Shown: positions 53,411 through 63,752, counted from the first letter of the stretch. The stretch is DNA of 64,000 nt from an uncultured Verrucomicrobiae bacterium (GCA_963815455.1 CAWFGO010000005.1:128001-192000); one strand, 5' to 3'. The notes: a model not told the origin generated them from the letters alone. Program-made: numbers and translations.

Positions 53411-54310
53411 CTACTCGATGAGTTTGTCCGCGGGTTTCGGGATGCGCTCGGGCCGTTCGCCGGTAGGCAGCCGCCAATAGTCGCGCTGTGCCCGAAAGGG
53501 CAACAGCCATAATCGGCCGAGGGTGAGGTCGCGTTCATCTCGATAGGCCGCCACGCCGATCCTAATTTCGTCCTGGGCGATATCGCGACGCAACGTCCGA
53601 TGGAACTTGTCCCACCAGCAAAAAATGGTGCCCCAATTCGAGTTCGTCTCACGTTCGACAATGGAATGATGAATCCCATGCATCCGGGGCGTGACCAAAA
53701 CCAGATTTAGAATCCGTTCGGGCCCGATCGGCAATCGCCAATTGGAATGGTGAAAGAGCGTGGCGCCTTCGAATACGATGAAGAAAATCAGCAGCATCAT
53801 TGGTGAAACGCCAAAGAGAACAACGGCAAGCGATAGAAAAGCAGTCGAAAAGATCATTTCGCCAAAATGAAAACGTGCCGCGGTGCTCGCATCCATGTCG
53901 AGATCGGTATGATGAACATTGTGAAATCGCCAGAAGAACGGGATCATGTGATTCGCCCTATGCCACCACCAGTAAGCGTAATCCATAAGGAGGAAGCCGG
54001 CACCGATCCGCGCCCAGGCGGGCAGGGGAAGCCAATGGAGCAAACCGAGATGTCGATCCTGCGCCCAGGCTGCGAGCGCAAGCGGCGCGGGCAGCATTGT
54101 CCAGCGCAGAACGGCCTGCGATGGAATCGAGAGGGCAAGATTTCGAATGAGGCGACGCAGCAAATCAAACTGCTGCCGTCGTAACGGAAAACGCCATTGA
54201 AGCAGGAACAAAGCAACGAAGAGACAAACAATGAGCGGTGCGCCGATGGAATCGAGAAGCGGGATCGCCTTGAGCGCAAACACAGCGAATGTTGAACACT
54301 TCATCGTCAA
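53411..54310 (-). CDS. Sterol desaturase/fatty-acid hydroxylase family protein (start uncertain)
   Basis: His boxes HRANH, HNVHH, HHSN, HGIHH. Confidence 0.92.
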   Translation of the reverse strand: MTMKCSTFAVFALKAIPLLDSIGAPLIVCLFVALFLLQWRFPLRRQQFDLLRRLIRNLALSIPSQAVLRWTMLPAPLALAAWAQDRHLGLLHWLPLPAWARIGAGFLLMDYAYWWWHRANHMIPFFWRFHNVHHTDLDMDASTAARFHFGEMIFSTAFLSLAVVLFGVSPMMLLIFFIVFEGATLFHHSNWRLPIGPERILNLVLVTPRMHGIHHSIVERETNSNWGTIFCWWDKFHRTLRRDIAQDEIRIGVAAYRDERDLTLGRLWLLPFRAQRDYWRLPTGERPERIPKPADKLIE

Positions 54311-54348
54311 TGTTCAATCCCAATGAAACCAAGACATGCGGCATCACG

Positions 54349-55038
54349 ATGAATATCTCCATTGTTGTGCCGGTCTTGAATGAAGCGTTGCTCATTGAGT
54401 CTTGTCTGCGGCAATTGCGCAAGTGCGTTCCGGAAGCGGAGTTAATTATTGTTGACGGCGGCAGCACCGACGGCACGCTCGATCGCGCCGCGCCATTTTG
54501 CGATCGCGGGATTCGGTCCCGCCGCGGACGCGGTGTGCAAATGAATGCGGGAGCAGAAATCGCCCGGGGCGAGATTCTCTGGTTTTTGCACGTCGATGTG
54601 AAGCCGCCGCCGCAATGCTCGATGAAAATCGCGCAAGCAGTCAGCGATGGAGATGTCGTGGGCGGGTTTTTTCGGATTCAGTTGCCGCGATCGCGCTTCG
54701 TTTACCGGTGGACCGATACGTTTGCTCATTATGCCGGCCTCATCCTGGGGCTGCGCTATAGCGATCACGGTTTCTTTTGCCGGCGCGAAATTTTCTTTCG
54801 GATCGGCGGCTTTCCCGATGAACCGTTAATGGAAGACGCAGATTTTTTCCGGAAACTGCGCAAAGCAGGTCGGATTGCTGTGATCGAGCAACCACTCGTG
54901 GTCGATCCCCGGCGGTATGAATTGATCGGGCCGGTCTGGCTGACCTTCGTATATGGAGTGATCAGCCTGTTGTATTTGTTTCATGCGCCCCGGCCGTTGC
55001 TGCAGTCCATTTATCGCCAGGCTTGTTGTCGATCTTAA
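54349..55038 (+). CDS. GT2 glycosyltransferase, TIGR04283-like
   Basis: SIVVPVLNE, VDGGSTDGT, GRGVQMNAGA, FLHVD, GGFPD.PLMED. Confidence 0.88.
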   Translation: MNISIVVPVLNEALLIESCLRQLRKCVPEAELIIVDGGSTDGTLDRAAPFCDRGIRSRRGRGVQMNAGAEIARGEILWFLHVDVKPPPQCSMKIAQAVSDGDVVGGFFRIQLPRSRFVYRWTDTFAHYAGLILGLRYSDHGFFCRREIFFRIGGFPDEPLMEDADFFRKLRKAGRIAVIEQPLVVDPRRYELIGPVWLTFVYGVISLLYLFHAPRPLLQSIYRQACCRS

Positions 55039-55083
55039 TGATGGCGCTTGCTCTCGGGAAGGAGCTGCGTCCTATTCAGCGAA

Positions 55084-55836
55084 ATGGGTGACCTGCGATT
55101 GGGAGTAAATATCGATCACGTGGCGACATTGCGGCAGGCGCGCTATGCGACCATGCCGGAATCGAAAAACGCCGAGCCGGATGTGATTGCCGCGGCGTCG
55201 GTTTGCGAGCGGGCCGGGGCGCATGGAATCGTCGCGCATTTGCGGGCCGATCGGCGACACATGCGGGATCGCGATATCGAACGTCTGCGTGAAAATATTA
55301 TTACCAAATTGAATCTCGAAATGGGCAATACACCGGAGATTGTCGATGTTGCGTTGCACATTTTGCCCGATGAAGTCTGTCTCGTACCGGAGAAACGCGA
55401 GGAGATCACAACCGAGGGCGGGCTCGATGTTATTGGGCAACGCGCCGAACTTGAACCTACGATCAAGCGGCTCCAGAGCGCCGGGATTCGGGTGAGTCTT
55501 TTCATCGATCCGGCTTTGGAACAGGTCGACGCGGCGGGGGAGCTCGGCGTCGAGATGGTTGAGTTGCACACCGGTAAACTGGCCAACGCGTTTACCGAAA
55601 AGATCGAGAAGCAGGAACTGGAGAATCTGGAGGCCGCAGCCAAAGCCGCCGCCGAATTGAAGCTGCAGGTAAACGCCGGCCATGGCATCAATTACGCGAA
55701 CATCGATCTCGTCCTGAAAGTGACGCACCTGACCGAACTGAATATCGGGCACTCAATTATCTCGCGGGCGATGTCCGTCGGTTTGGAAAACGCAGTGCGC
55801 GAAATGCTGGCCGCGATGAAGGGTTACCGCGAATGA
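55084..55836 (+). CDS. pdxJ: Pyridoxine 5'-phosphate synthase
   Basis: LGVNIDHVATLRQAR, LVPEKREEITTEGG, ELHTG, AGHG, NIGHSII. Confidence 0.98.
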   Translation: MGDLRLGVNIDHVATLRQARYATMPESKNAEPDVIAAASVCERAGAHGIVAHLRADRRHMRDRDIERLRENIITKLNLEMGNTPEIVDVALHILPDEVCLVPEKREEITTEGGLDVIGQRAELEPTIKRLQSAGIRVSLFIDPALEQVDAAGELGVEMVELHTGKLANAFTEKIEKQELENLEAAAKAAAELKLQVNAGHGINYANIDLVLKVTHLTELNIGHSIISRAMSVGLENAVREMLAAMKGYRE

Positions 55837-56219
55837 GTATTCTTGGAATCGGTGTCGATCTTGTCGAGTGTTCGCGCATCGAGCATTCGCTCGAACGATT
55901 CGGCGACAAGTTTTTGCATCGCGTTTTTACTGAGGGCGAGATCGCTTATTCGATGTCGATGAAATTTCCGGCGCGTCATTTGGCTGCGCGATTCGCGGCA
56001 AAAGAAGCTGTCTCGAAAGCATTTGGCACCGGTATTGGCAAATCGATGGGCTGGCGCGACATCGATATTCGCAAGAAGCCAAGCGGCGAACCTTTTCTGG
56101 TTTTCGGGGGAGGCGCGGAGAAACTTGCGAAGAACCGCGGGGTCGCGAATGCGCTCATCACGCTTAGCCACACCGATCATCACGCCATGGCGGCGATCGT
56201 TCTCCAAGGTCTCACCTAG
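55833..56219 (+). CDS. acpS: Holo-ACP synthase
   Basis: GIGVDLVE, ARFAAKEA..KAFGTG, ITLSH. Confidence 0.97.
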   Translation: MSILGIGVDLVECSRIEHSLERFGDKFLHRVFTEGEIAYSMSMKFPARHLAARFAAKEAVSKAFGTGIGKSMGWRDIDIRKKPSGEPFLVFGGGAEKLAKNRGVANALITLSHTDHHAMAAIVLQGLT

Positions 56220-56295
56220 AACCAAGTGAACTGCGCGTTTCGCTGACGAATCCTAACGGGCGAACATAATCGAGCGGGAACAGGACTTAATCGCC

Positions 56296-57525
56296 TTATG
56301 CGGTTTCCGGAGGATGCACGTTGATGAGGACCAGCAGGTGAAGGAGGTATAGATGTTTGCATATGGAATTGAGGGAAGCCGGCGGGGAAATCTCGCGCAC
56401 CAATTCGCCCAACTTCCGATCAGATCGGCTGTGTTTTACAAGGTCCACGAGCCATCCCGGAGCACGTAGATCGATAACGGTGTTGGTCGGGCGGTTGGTG
56501 ATCGTGATATCCTGGTAGGCAGCGAGTGGACAACGCCGATCCGGCCAAGAGCCGTCACAGATGGAGGATCGCGAAATGCGCCAGCGCAGAAATTCTCTCG
56601 GTTTCTGCCATGGCGGCGTGACGTCCGATTCGGCGGCGCAGAGAACAAGCCGGTGAAAAGTGGAGGGCGAAAGTTGCTCTGCGAGTTTGTGCATCTCAGG
56701 ACGCGAACGTGGATACACAACTTCGTAGAGATCGTTTGTCAGCAATGGCCGTAGGGTGCGATGCGCGGAGTAATCGCCGAGAAAATGGAGGCCGGAATCT
56801 TCACCAAGCTTTGTCCAATCATTGAGCGGGTGATTCGATATCGCCCATCCAAACAAATCGCTCGCGAGGTAGTCGGCTGTCTGATTCGCAGCCCAGCCAA
56901 TCTCATTGCCGGACAACGCGTCGCACACTTTCAACACCGCGCGAACTTTGCGGCTATCTTTGAAACTATCGATGTGAATATTAAACTCAGGCAGAACGCG
57001 TCGCCAAATTTCGCTGAAGTGCGTCCCACCGTTGACTCCGAGATAAACCACGCCTCCACGTGCCAGACATTCGGCAAGATTACGCAAAACCCGGTCTGGA
57101 TGTGGAATGTAACTGAGCACACCATGGCAAGAGACGAAATTAAAGTCTCCGCCCGCAATCTTGCCAAAATCGCGGCTCGTCAGATCAGCCTCGATCATGC
57201 GAATCCGACGCGGAGCGCCTCGCCGCTTTTGCAATTTGCGGGCGATGGAGATTGATCGAGCTGAGAAATCCGCTCCGACCACTTGGGCGTTCGGGAACCG
57301 GCGCTGGAATTCGAACGCTTCATGTCCGGTCCCGCAGCCGGCCACTAAAATGCGTGCTGGATTCAGTCTGCCCCGATTGCAGATCGCGCTGATCCATTCC
57401 CAAGGCGGAAGTTGCCACACTGGCTGGAAAGAAGAGTCTTTTCGGCCCGATGGATACGGAATTCTTTCATATTCGTTTCGAATCCGCCCCCCGAGCGAAA
57501 TCGTTTGTCTCCGGAGCGCTGACAT
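56296..57525 (-). CDS. Class I SAM methyltransferase with an extended C-terminal region
   Basis: YERIPYP, ILVAGCGTG, GADFS, SCHGVL. Confidence 0.85.
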   Translation of the reverse strand: MSALRRQTISLGGRIRNEYERIPYPSGRKDSSFQPVWQLPPWEWISAICNRGRLNPARILVAGCGTGHEAFEFQRRFPNAQVVGADFSARSISIARKLQKRRGAPRRIRMIEADLTSRDFGKIAGGDFNFVSCHGVLSYIPHPDRVLRNLAECLARGGVVYLGVNGGTHFSEIWRRVLPEFNIHIDSFKDSRKVRAVLKVCDALSGNEIGWAANQTADYLASDLFGWAISNHPLNDWTKLGEDSGLHFLGDYSAHRTLRPLLTNDLYEVVYPRSRPEMHKLAEQLSPSTFHRLVLCAAESDVTPPWQKPREFLRWRISRSSICDGSWPDRRCPLAAYQDITITNRPTNTVIDLRAPGWLVDLVKHSRSDRKLGELVREISPPASLNSICKHLYLLHLLVLINVHPPETA

Positions 57526-57655
57526 GCCTCCACGCTAGAGCGTGCCGAAGTATCGAGCGAGAGAAACCACGGTGCAAAGCGTACTTCGCGGTGACCAAAG
57601 CGAGGCTTGACTACGACGCGGGTATCTGTTAGAGGCGTTCAATCTGTAAAAACTC

Positions 57656-57820
57656 ATGAACACAAAAAAGCCTTCCTCAAAATCAAAGAAATCGAAAACG
57701 GCGGTGAGAATAAGAGATATTGATTCGAAGAAAAATCCACGAGGGGGACTAAAAGCAGGAGCCAGCGAAGTGCTGTACGAAGCTATTCAGGGGCTGCCCT
57801 CCCAGCAGGTTCCTCACTAA
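57656..57820 (+). CDS. 54-aa peptide with a basic leader and a double-Gly motif
   Basis: MNTKKPSSKSKKSKTAVRIRDIDSKKNPRGG-LKAGASEVLYEAIQGLPSQQVPH; below the ORF-track size cutoff. Confidence 0.65.
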   Translation: MNTKKPSSKSKKSKTAVRIRDIDSKKNPRGGLKAGASEVLYEAIQGLPSQQVPH

Positions 57821-58165
57821 ATCACAATCTGACCATTGCTGTTCAGTTTCGGCGGTCATCGGGATTAGGTTGAGGGAAGGACCTTACTGATCGACGTGGT
57901 GATTGGCCTATTCCAATCCGTTGCTCGACGGCGGATTCGATGTTCGGCTGGGCGCTGCCCCAATGTTTGACCAGGCTCTCGCTGGTTGCCGCCTTCACCT
58001 CGCCCCCAGACGGCTCCGTTACCAGGCCGGCGCAGAAGTGCAGAGATCCCTGGCCACGATCGTAAGTTTCTCCAGCGAGCAGCGCCGATTCTGCTTCCCA
58101 AAGCAGTCGCTGCCCGGCAATACTGATTGCGTCATTCAGGAAGTAAACCGTAACTCCCTGCGCTT

Positions 58166-58678
58166 ATGAATGCTCGATTGTTCGCCGCCGTCGGAATCAG
58201 CTTGGTATTAGCAAGCTCAGTTCGCGCTCAAGGCTACGGTGGCTCCGGCCGAATGCAGCCGCAAGCTCCGCATTCGCAGCCGATGCAAACGCAGGGGCCT
58301 GTTCATCAGGAAAAACAGCAGGAGAATACGACGCAAGAACAGGTAACCGGCCCGGAAGTTTCCACCGCGATCCAACAATATGTTGACGCGTCGAGCAAAA
58401 AAACGGCCGATAAGAAATTTCACGTCAAACATGACGGTAAAGACATTGCGCTCGGTTCGCTCAAGATTCATGACGATCGCATGGCCAGTCTCGGCGGCGG
58501 AAAATTTGTCGCCTGCACCGACATGCGGGGCGGCGATGGCAAATCATACGACATCGATTTCTTTCTCGGCGGCAAACCGGGCAGCGTAAGAGTCACCCAA
58601 GCGAGCGTCCACAAGATCGATGGCAACGCGCTCTACAGCTGGAAAAAGCAGGGTGGCGTCTGGAAAATGTCGCGCTAG
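58166..58678 (+). CDS. Secreted hypothetical protein, paralog 1
   Basis: Signal peptide, Q-rich linker, ACTDMRGGDGKSYDIDFF. Confidence 0.85.
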   Translation: MNARLFAAVGISLVLASSVRAQGYGGSGRMQPQAPHSQPMQTQGPVHQEKQQENTTQEQVTGPEVSTAIQQYVDASSKKTADKKFHVKHDGKDIALGSLKIHDDRMASLGGGKFVACTDMRGGDGKSYDIDFFLGGKPGSVRVTQASVHKIDGNALYSWKKQGGVWKMSR

Positions 58679-58753
58679 GCCGACTGGCAAGGGTCTAGGT
58701 TAACCTCGATTCGCAGTTGGACGTTCGGCCGCGAACGTTCGACGGTTTGCTTA

Positions 58754-59893
58754 ATGCATCTGATTTGGATGAGTCTTTATCACGCGCTGGCCATGCTTTG
58801 GCAGACGTTCTGGGCGCTTGTATTTGGCTTTAGTATTTCCGCCGCGCTCCAGGTTTTCGTAAGCAGGGAGCGAATGAGCCGGGCGTTCGGGAAAACAAAT
58901 TTGAGATCGGTTGCGATCGCTACCGGCCTTGGCGCGGCGAGCAGTTCTTGTTCGTATGCCGCCGCTGCGGCGGCGCGCAGTGCCGTGCAACAAGGCGCTG
59001 CCCTCATTCCCGCACTGGCTTTCATGTTCGCTTCGACCAATCTCGTCATCGAACTCGGGGCAGTGCTTTGGCTGTTGATGGGCTGGCGATTCGTTTTGGC
59101 GGAATTCGTCGGCGCATTTGTTTTGATCGGGTTGGTTTGGTTGATGGTTCGCTGGTTCTTGCCAAAGAATGTTGAAGACGAGGCTCGAAGACATGCCGAG
59201 GAAAAAGGAGGCGATTCGGGGTGTTGTCATGAGCACCCGCCTTCGCGTGGCTCCGGCGTGGCAGGCAAGCAGGAGCAGGAGCAGGAGGGAAGAGTTGGGA
59301 AGTGGACGGCGATGGCGAATGCGTTCGTGATGGATTGGATGATGCTCTGGAAGGAATTGCTGGCCGGCTTTTTGATCGCAGGATTTATCGGCACGCTGGT
59401 GCCGCATTCATGGTGGCAGGTCTTGTTCCTGCAGACCGGCCCGGATTGGTTGCGTCTGATCGAGAATGCGATCGTCGGACCGCTGGTGGCGATTGCCTCC
59501 TTCGTTTGCTCGGTCGGCAATATCCCGCTGGCCAGTCACCTCTGGGCGAACGGGATCAGCTTCGGTGGAGTGATTGCCTTTATTTACGCTGACCTGCTCG
59601 TGGTTCCGTTGATCATTATTTACGGCAAGTATTACGGTGCCCGGGCGGCTGCATGGATCGCCGGCATTTTCTTTGTCGCGATGGTAACCGCGGGCATCGT
59701 GGTCGATCTGCTATTCAATGTTCTGGGGTTGATTCCGACCGGCCCAAGACAGGCGAGTGCCGTTCAACACGTCAGCATTTCGTGGAATTATACCAGCCGG
59801 CTCGATCTCATCGCGCTCGTCGCTTTTTTTTGGTTGGTCTATCTCCATTTCCGCAGGAGCGGCGCGAGCGCACACGCGCGCGCCCGCCATTGA
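58754..59893 (+). CDS. DUF318 (ArsP-like) permease
   Basis: GAASSSCSY, FMFASTNLV, FVCSVGNIP, GCCHEH loop. Confidence 0.9.
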   Translation: MHLIWMSLYHALAMLWQTFWALVFGFSISAALQVFVSRERMSRAFGKTNLRSVAIATGLGAASSSCSYAAAAAARSAVQQGAALIPALAFMFASTNLVIELGAVLWLLMGWRFVLAEFVGAFVLIGLVWLMVRWFLPKNVEDEARRHAEEKGGDSGCCHEHPPSRGSGVAGKQEQEQEGRVGKWTAMANAFVMDWMMLWKELLAGFLIAGFIGTLVPHSWWQVLFLQTGPDWLRLIENAIVGPLVAIASFVCSVGNIPLASHLWANGISFGGVIAFIYADLLVVPLIIIYGKYYGARAAAWIAGIFFVAMVTAGIVVDLLFNVLGLIPTGPRQASAVQHVSISWNYTSRLDLIALVAFFWLVYLHFRRSGASAHARARH

Positions 59894-59988
59894 GCGCCGA
59901 TTTCACTCAGATCGCTATTTTGCTTTTCAAAAGTCTCCGAACAATCAAGACTGAGGCCCTTGGCAGGTAACGAAATTTTAACCCTTTC

Positions 59989-60507
59989 ATGTTTATGATT
60001 ATACGATTGTTTGTCGCAGTTGGGTTAGTTGTAGCAACGACCGGTGCGCTTCGAGGCCAGGGTTACGGCGGTCACTCGGGGGGCGGTATGCAGAATCAGC
60101 AGCCGCGGACTTCGCAACCGACACAGGCAACAGAGCCGCAGACGCAGACGAAGCAGGAGCACGTGGTCGTGATGGGTGGGGCGGATGTTACTGCTGGAAT
60201 CCAACAGTACATCGAAGCTGCGGCCAGGAAATCGTCGGACAAACAACTTCATGTCAAACATGCGGGCCAGGATATCGCGCTGGATTCTCTTAAGGTGCAT
60301 GACGACCGAATGGCAGATTTGGGCGGCGGCAAATTCGTTGGCTGCACCAACATGCGCGGCGGGGATGGCAAATCGTACGACATCGATTTCTTTCTTACCG
60401 GACAGCGTGGCAACCTGAAGGTGACCAAAGTGTCGGTTCATAAGATCGACGGCGAGGCCCTTTACAGCTGGAAAAAGCAAGGCGGCGTTTGGAAGATGTC
60501 GAAGTAA
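59989..60507 (+). CDS. Secreted hypothetical protein, paralog 2
   Basis: Close copy of 58166 (GCTNMRGGDGKSYDIDFF, ALYSWKKQGGVWKMS). Confidence 0.85.
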   Translation: MFMIIRLFVAVGLVVATTGALRGQGYGGHSGGGMQNQQPRTSQPTQATEPQTQTKQEHVVVMGGADVTAGIQQYIEAAARKSSDKQLHVKHAGQDIALDSLKVHDDRMADLGGGKFVGCTNMRGGDGKSYDIDFFLTGQRGNLKVTKVSVHKIDGEALYSWKKQGGVWKMSK

Positions 60508-60582
60508 AACGCGTTGTTCCCGTGTGCCACGTCGTTATTTTGGCGTTGCAATTAAGGGCTGAAACCGGATCTTCGATTTCCG

Positions 60583-61122
60583 ATGTTCAAACGGATCGTC
60601 ACAGTGGTCGCCGCCTTGTCTGTCGCCTCAGTCGCGCTTGGCCAATCGACCTACAGCCGCCCGAGGTCGCAGTCGCCAACGCCGACACCGACGCCAACTC
60701 GATCGAAACTGACAACGGTACCGGCGCGAGCACAGATGAATCCGGCCCCGACCCCGACGCCGATTCGGTCCAGACAGATGGCCACGCAGCCGCAGCCGCG
60801 ACCAACCCCGTCACCGGCGCCGATGCCAGTTCAGGTAAGGCCAACGCCGACGCCAGTGCCTCCTCCCGATATTAAAACTTATTTGGATCGCCAGCTGGCA
60901 AACTCCAAAGACCAGAAATTTCACGTCACGGCGCGCGGCAAAGATCTTCCCCTTACGCCGTTCCATTTTTGGTCTCAAAAGAGTACCGGTCCCAACAGCA
61001 CCACGACGTGCGTCGACATGCGGAGCGAGGATGGTACGGTGTTCGACATTGATTTTTTGACCACCGGTGCGCAGGTGACTGGGATCAGGATTCACCGGAT
61101 CAATGGCGAGTCTGTGCGATAG
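60583..61122 (+). CDS. Secreted hypothetical protein, divergent paralog 3 with a PT-rich linker
   Basis: SKDQKFHV...GKD, CVDMRSEDGTVFDIDF, IHRING. Confidence 0.8.
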   Translation: MFKRIVTVVAALSVASVALGQSTYSRPRSQSPTPTPTPTRSKLTTVPARAQMNPAPTPTPIRSRQMATQPQPRPTPSPAPMPVQVRPTPTPVPPPDIKTYLDRQLANSKDQKFHVTARGKDLPLTPFHFWSQKSTGPNSTTTCVDMRSEDGTVFDIDFLTTGAQVTGIRIHRINGESVR

Positions 61123-61211
61123 CGGATCCCTGCTTATCAAGTTGTAACGGCAGGCCGGGGTCTTTTCGCAATAGTATTGCCCGCGATGCTTTCTTGGTAT
61201 GAGATAACGGC

Positions 61212-61937
61212 ATGTTGCGCCAGGCGCGCATGAAAAACAGCCCGGAGATCGTAAACGGCTTTCGCATGCGCGGACGCGAGGTCACGCGCCTCGAATCATT
61301 CAGCGATGCTGTCTTCGGCTTCGCGCTGACGCTTCTCGTCGTCTCGCTCGATGTGCCGAAAAATTTCGACGATCTCCTGAACACGATGCGCGGCTTCCCC
61401 GCCTTTGCGGTCTGTTTCATTCTGCTCGCGATCATTTGGAATAGTCATTACAAATTTTGCCGCCGTTACGGCCTCGAGGATACTACGGCGCGTGTTCTCA
61501 CCTGCGCGTTGCTCTTTCTTGTCTTGTTCTACGTTTACCCGCTGAAGTTTCTCTTCAGTATGAGTTTCAACGACATGCTCTTTGGCCGCGCTGCCAACAG
61601 CGTGCCGATGACTGCGTCGCAGGTCTCAACGTTGCTCGTCATTTATGGCCTTGGGTTCACGGCAGTTTATCTTGCGTTGACTGTTCTTTACCTGCACGCA
61701 TGGCGACTGCGGGAAATGCTCCAACTGAATGACCTGGAGAAATTCGATACGCGTTACATCATCTGCCGATTGCTCTTGCTGGTCGGGGTCGGGATCATCG
61801 CCGCCGCGCTCGCTTCTCGTCGCTCGACTCTGAAATGGAGCGGTTACTCCTATCTCCTGCTTTTCGTCATTTTGCGGTTGCACACGATTCTTCATCGGAA
61901 GCGACGGAAAACGTTTCTCAACGAGGTTAAGTCCTGA
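61212..61937 (+). CDS. TMEM175/DUF1211-family channel
   Basis: RLESFSDAVFGFALTLLV, W..H..F. Confidence 0.88.
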   Translation: MLRQARMKNSPEIVNGFRMRGREVTRLESFSDAVFGFALTLLVVSLDVPKNFDDLLNTMRGFPAFAVCFILLAIIWNSHYKFCRRYGLEDTTARVLTCALLFLVLFYVYPLKFLFSMSFNDMLFGRAANSVPMTASQVSTLLVIYGLGFTAVYLALTVLYLHAWRLREMLQLNDLEKFDTRYIICRLLLLVGVGIIAAALASRRSTLKWSGYSYLLLFVILRLHTILHRKRRKTFLNEVKS

Positions 61938-61985
61938 CGCGCGGTTTGCAGAGACGGGTAGACCTCCGCTACCTTGCGCAAGCCC

Positions 61986-63581
61986 ATGCCTAAGACGTTC
62001 TATATCACCACGGCAATCGATTACACGAACTCGGCGCCGCATATCGGTCACGCTTATGAAAAAGTGCTGGCCGATGTGATTGCACGCTATCACCGGCTCA
62101 AGGGTGAGAAGGTTTTCTTTTTGACCGGGGTCGATCAGCATGGGCAGAAGGTCCAGCAGTCCGCGGCCAAGGCCGGCGTCGATCCGGCGGAGTTCGTCGA
62201 AGGAATCACCCAGAAGTTCATCGATCTTTGGGAGAAACTTGATGTTAAATACGATGCTTGGGCGGCTACAACTGATCCGCTTCACAAGAAAGTCGTTCAA
62301 GGCATCCTGCAGCGACTTTGGGACGAGAAACAAATCTACAAAGATAAACAGTCCGGGTATTATTCAGTTCGGCAGGAACAATTCCTGACTGACAAAGAAC
62401 GCGGACCCGATGGCGAGTTCGGCCCGGAATGGGGCCAGGTCGAATTCCGCGAAGAAGAAAATTATTATTTCAAGCTCAGCCGGCACAAGGATTGGCTGCT
62501 GTCGTACATCGACAACCCCGAAATATTCGGGGCTCGCGAAGGCGTTCGGAGTCGCCGCGCTGCGGTCATTCCCGATTTTCGCCAGACCGAATTGCGTAAC
62601 GCGGTTGAGAAGCTGAGCGGAGACCTATGCATTTCGCGTCCAAAATCGCGATTGGACTGGGGGATCGAACTGCCATTCGACAAGGATTATGTCACGTATG
62701 TTTGGTTCGACGCGCTGACGAATTACATCAGTTTCATTGGCTACGATCCGAAACTCTCAACCTTCAACTCTCAGCCATCAACTTTCCGCGACAAATGGCC
62801 TGCGCTCCAAGTCCTCGGCAAAGACATTCTAATTCCCGCGCACGGCATTTACTGGCTGATCATGCTGCACGCCATCGGGTTTCCCGACGATCAAATGCCG
62901 CAATTACTCGTGCACGGCTGGTGGAATTTGGCGGGCGCGAAGATGAGCAAGAGTGAGGGGAACATCGTCGATCCATTCGTGCTCGCCGATAAATACGGCG
63001 CGGAAGCGTTGCGCTATTATCTGATGAGCGATATTGCGACTGGTAAAGACGCCGATTTTTCCGAGGAGCGTCTGATCGGGCGGTTTAACACCGATCTGGC
63101 AAATTCGGTTGGTAATTTGCTTAATCGATTCTTGAACATGGCCGGGAAATACAGCCGAGGGAAATTGACTGCCATTTTGGATGGTGGCCTTCGATCGAAA
63201 GCAGAATATTTGGTGGAAGTGTATCAAGCCTTGATGAATGGCAATGACACATCTGCTGCAATGGCCCACACTCTTCGTTTTGCGACCGAAGCAAATCAGC
63301 ATGTCGAACAAACGGCACCGTGGAAATTGGCGAAGCAGGGAGAGCAAGGCGCTTTGGATCGTGTCCTTTGTCAACTTGCCGAGTCATTGCGGATCATTGC
63401 GCTTTTGCTCGCACCGGTATTGCCCAAAGCAGCACATGGAATTTTCGATCAACTGAATTGGAAAATGGAGTTGAGCGGAAAAGAAGAGCGGTTTTCGTTT
63501 AAAGACGCGGAGTGGGGGAGATTACCGGATGGGCATGGGGTGGGGAAACCGGTGCCGTTGTTCCCGCGGATTGAAACGTGA
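61986..63581 (+). CDS. metG: Methionine-tRNA ligase (short form)
   Basis: FYITTAIDY, HIGH, YVWFDAL.NY, KMSKS, LFPRIE. Confidence 0.97.
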   Translation: MPKTFYITTAIDYTNSAPHIGHAYEKVLADVIARYHRLKGEKVFFLTGVDQHGQKVQQSAAKAGVDPAEFVEGITQKFIDLWEKLDVKYDAWAATTDPLHKKVVQGILQRLWDEKQIYKDKQSGYYSVRQEQFLTDKERGPDGEFGPEWGQVEFREEENYYFKLSRHKDWLLSYIDNPEIFGAREGVRSRRAAVIPDFRQTELRNAVEKLSGDLCISRPKSRLDWGIELPFDKDYVTYVWFDALTNYISFIGYDPKLSTFNSQPSTFRDKWPALQVLGKDILIPAHGIYWLIMLHAIGFPDDQMPQLLVHGWWNLAGAKMSKSEGNIVDPFVLADKYGAEALRYYLMSDIATGKDADFSEERLIGRFNTDLANSVGNLLNRFLNMAGKYSRGKLTAILDGGLRSKAEYLVEVYQALMNGNDTSAAMAHTLRFATEANQHVEQTAPWKLAKQGEQGALDRVLCQLAESLRIIALLLAPVLPKAAHGIFDQLNWKMELSGKEERFSFKDAEWGRLPDGHGVGKPVPLFPRIET

Positions 63582-63583
63582 TG

Positions 63584-63733
63584 TCCGGGGAGCACAGGCT
63601 GCCAGCCTGTTCATCTCGGCAGCTTGCCGAGATGCTGCGTTGAATGTGATTAACGCGCCAATTTTCATTTCGCGCCCAAGATGTTGCCGGCAAGCTGCCG
63701 GCAACTGCAGGCTGGCAGCCTGCGCTCCCCAGA
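63584..63733. repeat. Palindromic REP/MITE-like element, second copy
   Basis: Same termini as 45170-45316, different centre. Confidence 0.9.
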
Positions 63734-63752
63734 CACCCACGATGCACGCGCG

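Noticed and set aside
58166..60507. Diversity-generating retroelement template/variable repeat pair
   Set aside because: Both copies are intact genes, differences are not adenine-specific, and no reverse transcriptase is present.
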